DNA from: a virus
Taxonomy: Duplodnaviria; Caudoviricetes
Strand: one strand, 5' to 3'
IMG/VR virus record: IMGVR_UViG_3300031998_000025
Span: 52,731-116,730 of that record
Length of the DNA stretch: 64,000 nt
In this document: one piece after another, positions 58,843-64,000 of the stretch
Numbering within the stretch: position 1 is the stretch's first letter
Layout: each line of letters begins with the position of its first letter
The notes under the pieces: model-generated
What the model saw: the letters and a program-made list of their open reading frames with translations, nothing else
Databases searched by the model: none
What the model was told of the DNA's origin: nothing
Made by a program: the position numbers and the translations under genes

Positions 58843-59556
58843 TTAAATGTTCTCCCTCATGAACTGCATGAAAGCACCGGTTTCAAACTGGCGGTAGCCG
58901 AGGTCGCGCAGCGTGTGGTTGTATGCGACCTCCCGGCCAAGGTTCTCGATTGACTCGGTGATAATCTTCATCTTCTTCGGCTTCTCCATGCCTTCGAACC
59001 TGCTGGTGACGATGGCACTCTTGCCGAACGACGGGTTGCCCACCACGTCTATAGTAATCAAAGTGTAGTTGTCGGTCACGACCTCGTGGTCGCCCTTGGT
59101 CGTGGTGTCGCCGGCGCCACGGATTGAGTATCCCGGACGGTAGCCCGCCTTGATTGCACCGGCGAGGTTGTGGCCGGCCTCGGTCTCCTCGGCGACGACC
59201 ATCCGGCACCATACCTTGTTGCCCTCCATGCGGAGTTCCTCGACCACGGCACATAGCTTGGAGAGGTCCATCTCGCAAATCGGGTAGTCACGGGAGTTGC
59301 CCTCCTCGTCGAGCCTCGGGTGGTTGAGCTCGGCGGCCAGACGTCCGAACGGGACAGCCTCCCGGTTGAGCCTGTCAATCTCCCGGGAGATAATCGAGCT
59401 GGGATATTCGCGGCCGTTGATGCCAGCGATGTCGCACACGAGGGCGTATCCCTCGATGATGAGCCGCTTGACCGGCTTTCCGTCGAGACCCATCCTGTCC
59501 TCCATGCGGACACTGGACGCCTCGAGCATCGGATTCATTCTTTCAACCATCACCAT
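58843..59556 (-). CDS. gp21: Prohead core protease, T4 gp21-like
   Basis: NGREYP, ELNHP (His), SIRGAG (Ser), DVVGNPS motifs. Confidence 0.92.
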   Translation of the reverse strand: MVMVERMNPMLEASSVRMEDRMGLDGKPVKRLIIEGYALVCDIAGINGREYPSSIISREIDRLNREAVPFGRLAAELNHPRLDEEGNSRDYPICEMDLSKLCAVVEELRMEGNKVWCRMVVAEETEAGHNLAGAIKAGYRPGYSIRGAGDTTTKGDHEVVTDNYTLITIDVVGNPSFGKSAIVTSRFEGMEKPKKMKIITESIENLGREVAYNHTLRDLGYRQFETGAFMQFMRENI

Positions 59557-59566
59557 ATCTCACCCC

Positions 59567-59743
59567 CTAACCGACAATCGGCTTCCTGTCGGCAGAAATG
59601 CTCTCGATGACTGCCTTCGTCGCCCTGTCAACCTTCGCGTTGAACTCGGACTCCATGCAGGCGGACACGATGCGCGTCACCTCGGCATCGTCGCCGTTCA
59701 GTATCCCGCTCATCAGCGCCTTTATGCTCTTACGGTCAATCAT
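59567..59743 (-). CDS. Small prohead core protein (gp67/68-position), 58 aa
   Basis: Manual translation MIDRKSIKALMSGILNGDD...; late motif at 59770-59778; syntenic with gp21. Confidence 0.55.
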   Translation of the reverse strand: MIDRKSIKALMSGILNGDDAEVTRIVSACMESEFNAKVDRATKAVIESISADRKPIVG

Positions 59744-59835
59744 CGGTCATTTCCCGGTAAATTACGATGGTAGTTTATATTGGATGTCAGCAGGAAAACT
59801 ATTCCAAAGAACCACCTTTTGCTATATTTGGTGGC

Positions 59836-60363
59836 ATGAAGCAGTTCCTCATAGCGTTTTCCGCGAGAAGCACCAGGCAGGTACACCGGCACATACGGAA
59901 TGTCTTTTCCGAATGGTGCCAGATAATGAGCAGCGACCGGGGTGACAATTCATACCTCAACTGGTTCCACGGCTCGTGCTCGGTGTATTCCGTATGCTCC
60001 GACGGAACCGCCGACAACATACGCAACAGCATACTCTCGTTGTTCGACCGCGACGAACGGGAATACATACGGATAGCCGTCACGGAAACCACCGGGATAT
60101 CCGGGTGGCTCGAACGGCATACCTGGGACTGGCTGGACAATGCACATGCTTCGGTCGAACTGGCCAACATCGATAACCCGACACTAGTCCAGATACTGGA
60201 ACACGGCGGCTTCTCCCGGGAGCTCCAGAAGTGCTACACGGTGGCCGACATCGACAGGCTCCTGGAAAACTACCGGGAATATCCCGGAAACGACATTGCA
60301 AACTGCAGGGCACGGATGATTGCCTCCCTGCAGGTACGACTCAGGCTACTCAACACTATCTAA
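59836..60363 (+). CDS. Early hypothetical protein (ferredoxin/Cas2-like N-terminal pattern)
   Basis: Leaderless after promoter 59817-59830; TADNIR...GWL..TWDWL pattern. Confidence 0.65.
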   Translation: MKQFLIAFSARSTRQVHRHIRNVFSEWCQIMSSDRGDNSYLNWFHGSCSVYSVCSDGTADNIRNSILSLFDRDEREYIRIAVTETTGISGWLERHTWDWLDNAHASVELANIDNPTLVQILEHGGFSRELQKCYTVADIDRLLENYREYPGNDIANCRARMIASLQVRLRLLNTI

Positions 60364-60425
60364 CATACAAACTAATTCCTTCCACCAGAACCGGACCGGC
60401 ACCGCCAGTCCGGTTTCTTCATGCA

Positions 60426-60454
60426 CGTAAGTCGTTGATATTCAATGACTTACG
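60426..60454. repeat. 29-bp near-perfect palindrome
   Basis: CGTAAGTCGTTGA-TAT-TCAATGACTTACG. Confidence 0.8.
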
Positions 60455-60578
60455 ATACCCCTCCCGATATAAACGTTATCCTGGGTTCGGGTAAACCATG
60501 GGCAAAATCCGTCCCAATCGCAAAAAAGATGACCTTTCTTGCGGTTTCCAACCTCTGCCCATACAGAAGGATAACACA

Positions 60579-61061
60579 ATGGCAACATACAACGAAGACT
60601 CCTACACCTCCAAGGGCGTAGGAAACGCCGGGCTCACGCTCGGCATCATCGGTACCACCCTCGCATCCGGCATTCTCGGCGGAAGCGGTGTCGGCGGTAT
60701 CCTCGGCAACAACAACCCGACGGCAAGCGCCGCCTACCAGCTCTCGACGAAGGACACCGAAATCGCGCAGCTGAAGGCCGAACGCTACGCCGACGCCCAG
60801 GTCAAGGAACTCGCCTTCGAGGTCGGCAACCTGAAGCAGCGCGTCGCCGCCATCGAGGTCGCAGAGCCCCTCCGCGAGCAGATTCTCCAGCAGAACATCA
60901 ACTGCGTGGCGAACACCGTGAACAGGCTCGTCCAGCCGATGATACCCAACTCCAACGTCGCCCCCGGCTGGGGCCCGGCGTTTGTCAGCCCGTTCCCGCC
61001 GTCCGCAGTGACCGGCGGCTCCACGGTGACCCCCGCCACCTCAACGGCCTCCAACGGCTAA
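60579..61061 (+). CDS. SKGVG.AGL.LGIIG-family membrane/coiled-coil phage protein
   Basis: RBS GAAGGA; Gly-rich hydrophobic helix followed by coiled coil. Confidence 0.75.
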   Translation: MATYNEDSYTSKGVGNAGLTLGIIGTTLASGILGGSGVGGILGNNNPTASAAYQLSTKDTEIAQLKAERYADAQVKELAFEVGNLKQRVAAIEVAEPLREQILQQNINCVANTVNRLVQPMIPNSNVAPGWGPAFVSPFPPSAVTGGSTVTPATSTASNG

Positions 61062-61071
61062 GGAGTAGCCC

Positions 61072-61398
61072 ATGAAGATAGGTCTGGACAAGGCGGTGGA
61101 CGCCTTCATCGGATTCATGGCGGACCAGGTTTCCCAGATACCGAAACTCGGTGACAGGTTCCTCGGCTTCGCCGCGCTGGGCTCGCTCAAGGCAAACCCG
61201 GAGATGCTCGTCTCCAAGGTGAAGCCCTGGGCCGAGATGGCGGGTATCGCTACCGAAGGAAAACTTGACACCGACCTCCTCAAGGCGGCGTTCAAGGAAG
61301 CCTTCGACAACGTTCCCAAGGTGAGCTACTTCGGCTTCACCTTCACCGCCGAGGACGCGACCGCTCTTCTCAGGCGAATCCAGAACACGGAGGAATAG
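61072..61398 (+). CDS. Hypothetical protein (partner of the SKGVG protein)
   Basis: RBS AAGGAG; same operon. Confidence 0.75.
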   Translation: MKIGLDKAVDAFIGFMADQVSQIPKLGDRFLGFAALGSLKANPEMLVSKVKPWAEMAGIATEGKLDTDLLKAAFKEAFDNVPKVSYFGFTFTAEDATALLRRIQNTEE

Positions 61399-61401
61399 AC
61401 G

Positions 61402-61608
61402 ATGGAGAAGGACACGATGGAAAGGACCGGATGCGCACTCGACATGCACCTCTCGGAAATCATGGACGTCATCGACGGCAACGGCGGGAGGATTCCCTCC
61501 CGCAGGATGCTGTCCGACATCCACGAGACCCTGGAATGCATGTTCTGGGTCGCCTCCATGCCCGAAAAGAAGGCACCCGTGCCGGAAAACAAGGCAAAGT
61601 CCCTCTAA
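61402..61608 (+). CDS. Hypothetical protein
   Basis: RBS GGAGG; terminator-like hairpin at 61616-61645. Confidence 0.7.
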   Translation: MEKDTMERTGCALDMHLSEIMDVIDGNGGRIPSRRMLSDIHETLECMFWVASMPEKKAPVPENKAKSL

Positions 61609-61836
61609 TACCGACGGGGACTCCGGGAGACCGGGGTCCCCTTTTCAACACAAAGGAACGCACATGGAAAACGATATACCCAAGGAAACCCTATACGCCA
61701 TACTCATCGCCGCATCCCTGGACGACACCTCGCCCTTCTACGGGAAGGACCCGGGATGGCTAGACGAAATAGAGCAAAATAAAACTTTACACGGGAAACC
61801 AGTTGACATGCCGGAAGAAAAACCTACTTTTTAAGT

Positions 61837-63003
61837 ATGATTAACGCCTTCCAGCATTCAATAATCTGCGAGACGCTCACCATGTGGGCAGCCGAGGCCG
61901 CCGCGGGCTTCCCGGTAGTCCACGAGGCCATCTACGAGCTCCTCTCCATGCTCGCCATAGAGTTCGAGGCATGCGCAGCCGCCATGGAACCCGTCCAGGA
62001 ATCCGCCGAGGAAATCTGCGCCGAGCTCGTATCCCTCGAACCCGTTGCCGGACTGTCCGGAGCGATAGTCCCGCTGGCCACAATCCGTAGCCACGAGCTC
62101 GACAGGCACGCACTCTTCCGCTGCCCCGTACCGCACTGGGGAATTACGGACTTCCTCGGACTGCACCGGGGCTGCACCGTCACCCTCCGGAAGGAACTCG
62201 GCAAGAACCCGGAACTGGCGTCCTGTATAGAGACCGGACGCTCGGCACAGTCGTACTCGCATGCAGCAGAACCCTGGCTGCCGCCGGAAGGAAAGTCGGT
62301 GGAGTTCTTCCGCGAGCCGGAAACCTGCCCGTTCTGCTCGTCAGCCCTCATGCGCCGCTTCCTGGGACACCGTCCGGAACTCGTATGCCCCAACCAGGAC
62401 TGCGAGGTCCATGCCGGCGAGGCGCTCAGGAAGTTCGTCGCGGTAGGCGGCATGGCCATTCCCGGGATTACCGAGGGTGTCGTCATGCAGCTCGCCATGG
62501 CCGGAAAGATTCACTCCGTGGTGGACATATACGAGCTGGATATCGGAGACTTCATGGAGGCATGCCACAACAGCTACACCGACGCATACATGATGGTAAA
62601 GTCCGTGGCACGCTCGAAGCTCAAGCCAATGCACATGCTGCTGGACGCGCTCGGGTTCCCCGGTATATCCCGGGACGACACACCGGTGCTATCCAGGTGC
62701 ATAGCCGGGGCCGGCGGCATGGCACGCGTGGCCTCCGATGTCAAGGCCGCAGGAAAGTTCCGGAGGCTCGCCCGGGAGGCCGGTGTCAGGGAGGACAAGG
62801 TCGAGATAGTGGCTAAAGGGCTGATTAAGAAGGCGAAGGCGGTTGCAAGACTGTCGGAACTGGGTGTCGCCCAGGTGGCCGCGGGAGACGACGGGAAGCC
62901 GCTCGAGTTCAACCGCGACGGGAGCGTCAAGAAGAGACCTGGAGTAGTACGGGGGAAACCCGGGAAGAGGATGAGGAGAAGACGGGGGAAACCGGAGGGG
63001 TAA
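61837..63003 (+). CDS. LigA paralogue lacking adenylation and BRCT domains (pseudo-ligase)
   Basis: Domain Ia, OB, C4 Zn finger and HhH regions align with 2506..4617; no KxDG; basic C-terminal tail. Confidence 0.8.
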   Translation: MINAFQHSIICETLTMWAAEAAAGFPVVHEAIYELLSMLAIEFEACAAAMEPVQESAEEICAELVSLEPVAGLSGAIVPLATIRSHELDRHALFRCPVPHWGITDFLGLHRGCTVTLRKELGKNPELASCIETGRSAQSYSHAAEPWLPPEGKSVEFFREPETCPFCSSALMRRFLGHRPELVCPNQDCEVHAGEALRKFVAVGGMAIPGITEGVVMQLAMAGKIHSVVDIYELDIGDFMEACHNSYTDAYMMVKSVARSKLKPMHMLLDALGFPGISRDDTPVLSRCIAGAGGMARVASDVKAAGKFRRLAREAGVREDKVEIVAKGLIKKAKAVARLSELGVAQVAAGDDGKPLEFNRDGSVKKRPGVVRGKPGKRMRRRRGKPEG

Positions 63004-63025
63004 CCGGGAGGCACCGGGAGCTTGC

Positions 63026-64000
63026 CTACACATCAAGTACGTAATATTGCGTACCGAAGAAGCATACAAAGAACAGCTCGTCGTTGATAGATAGGAAGGT
63101 GTTGCCATATCCAATACGAGATCCGGTCGTAAACATTATATTGGAGCCGCTGTAATTTAATATTCCGTATATCTGTCCATTTACTTTTCGGAATTGGGCA
63201 GTTGTAGCCCATTGAATAAACTTCTCGATATCTACCCAAGTCCTCATATCTGTATCCGTTCCAAGCACTTGTCCGCCGCTACCAGTATATCGAAGAACTT
63301 CAGGCATGATGCACATCATCATCGGGGACATATAATTTACAGTCATGCCGGAACTGGTTGGAGAGTGTATCGCCGTCGCAGCTACAGACATCTTGGAATC
63401 AAGAGCAGTCTTGATTGTCTTGTTTCCTCCGGTGTAATTTGTAGCGGTAACTGCCAATGTGGCCTGGTCGGCACGTTCAACCCGTGCAAATTCTTGCGTC
63501 CACTTCGAAGAAGTTCTGCTCCACTGCTCAAGTTGCCCTCTGATAAAGGTCGTCTGTCCCGCATACATTTCCTGATTCGGATATGAGCGTTGGAATACGA
63601 ACTTGCTCGGTGAACCGCTTGAGAACTCTACCTTTATCAGTTCGAAATACGATATGTATGTGGACTCAACCTTTCTTACAGTAAGTCTCTTGTTCTGAGT
63701 ATATGCCGCCCCGATGTCGGAGAATGAAGTTCCGTCGTTGTTTCCGTTGGTTCCTATTGTAAGTTCGTATGCATTCTGCTTGCTGTCTAGGGCACTCTTG
63801 ATTGTGCCGCTGTTGGAGTAGTCGTTGGCAGTAAGAGCGGAAGTCGCTATGTCGGCATTGTTCGCATTTGTCGCGTTGTCCGCAAACTGAACAGTCTCGA
63901 AGAACTGCTCCCATTTGGATGCGGTTCTTTTCCATTGTTCCAGTTGTCCTCTTGCATACGAGCCAGCAGCTCCCACGTCCGGGAACGAGCGCTGGAAAAC
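63026..64000 (-). CDS. Tail-fibre-like repeat protein, 5' end outside window
   Basis: Repeated VFQRS..RGQLEQW.RT.SKW...AD.A..A..A..Y..TIK.ALDSK unit; frame is open to the window edge. Confidence 0.65.
   Translation of the reverse strand, partial: VFQRSFPDVGAAGSYARGQLEQWKRTASKWEQFFETVQFADNATNANNADIATSALTANDYSNSGTIKSALDSKQNAYELTIGTNGNNDGTSFSDIGAAYTQNKRLTVRKVESTYISYFELIKVEFSSGSPSKFVFQRSYPNQEMYAGQTTFIRGQLEQWSRTSSKWTQEFARVERADQATLAVTATNYTGGNKTIKTALDSKMSVAATAIHSPTSSGMTVNYMSPMMMCIMPEVLRYTGSGGQVLGTDTDMRTWVDIEKFIQWATTAQFRKVNGQIYGILNYSGSNIMFTTGSRIGYGNTFLSINDELFFVCFFGTQYYVLDV

Noticed and set aside
60480-60570. c-di-GMP or other riboswitch in the leader
   Set aside because: Only a loose GGTAAAC/GCAAA resemblance; conserved stems could not be built
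1-64000. CRISPR array associated with the TnpB/Cas12-like or Cas4-like genes
   Set aside because: No regularly spaced repeat-spacer series seen; the four 24-bp repeats at 44486-45073 are nested inverted repeats with TSDs
1-64000. Stop-codon reassignment
   Set aside because: Long genes are intact in code 11, and TAG, TGA and TAA all terminate genes

Overview
The window is part of a large T4-like (jumbo myovirus-type) phage genome with high GC and the standard genetic code. The host is probably in the Fibrobacterota/Bacteroidota (FCB) group; this is inferred from a Fibrobacter-major-paralogous (FISUMP)-type domain and TAnnTTTG-type promoters. Recognisable core genes: NAD-dependent ligase, gp6/gp7-like baseplate, gp13/gp14 neck, gp15-like tail completion protein, gp21 prohead protease, gp22-like scaffold, gp55-like late sigma factor, amidase endolysin, Hsp20, DnaQ-like and PD-(D/E)XK nucleases, and large tail/fibre proteins. 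Two recurring promoter motifs are visible: TTTTGCTATATTTG (host-sigma type, often leaderless) and ATAAACT (late). Highlights: (1) a broken diversity-generating retroelement (DGR), with its target gene, hairpin, MutS-like accessory 5' part and RT 3' part still present and its centre replaced by an IS607 element; (2) a shared N-terminal propeptide-like motif on many unrelated late proteins, including the DGR target, suggesting capsid-packaged cargo; (3) apparently catalytically dead paralogues of LigA and of the prohead protease; (4) three different TnpB elements, one splitting a tRNA-Gly and two carrying the phage late promoter; (5) nested IS1595-type MITEs with 8-bp target duplications; (6) a sigma54 promoter upstream of hsp20. 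All calls come from reading motifs by eye; no database searches were run.
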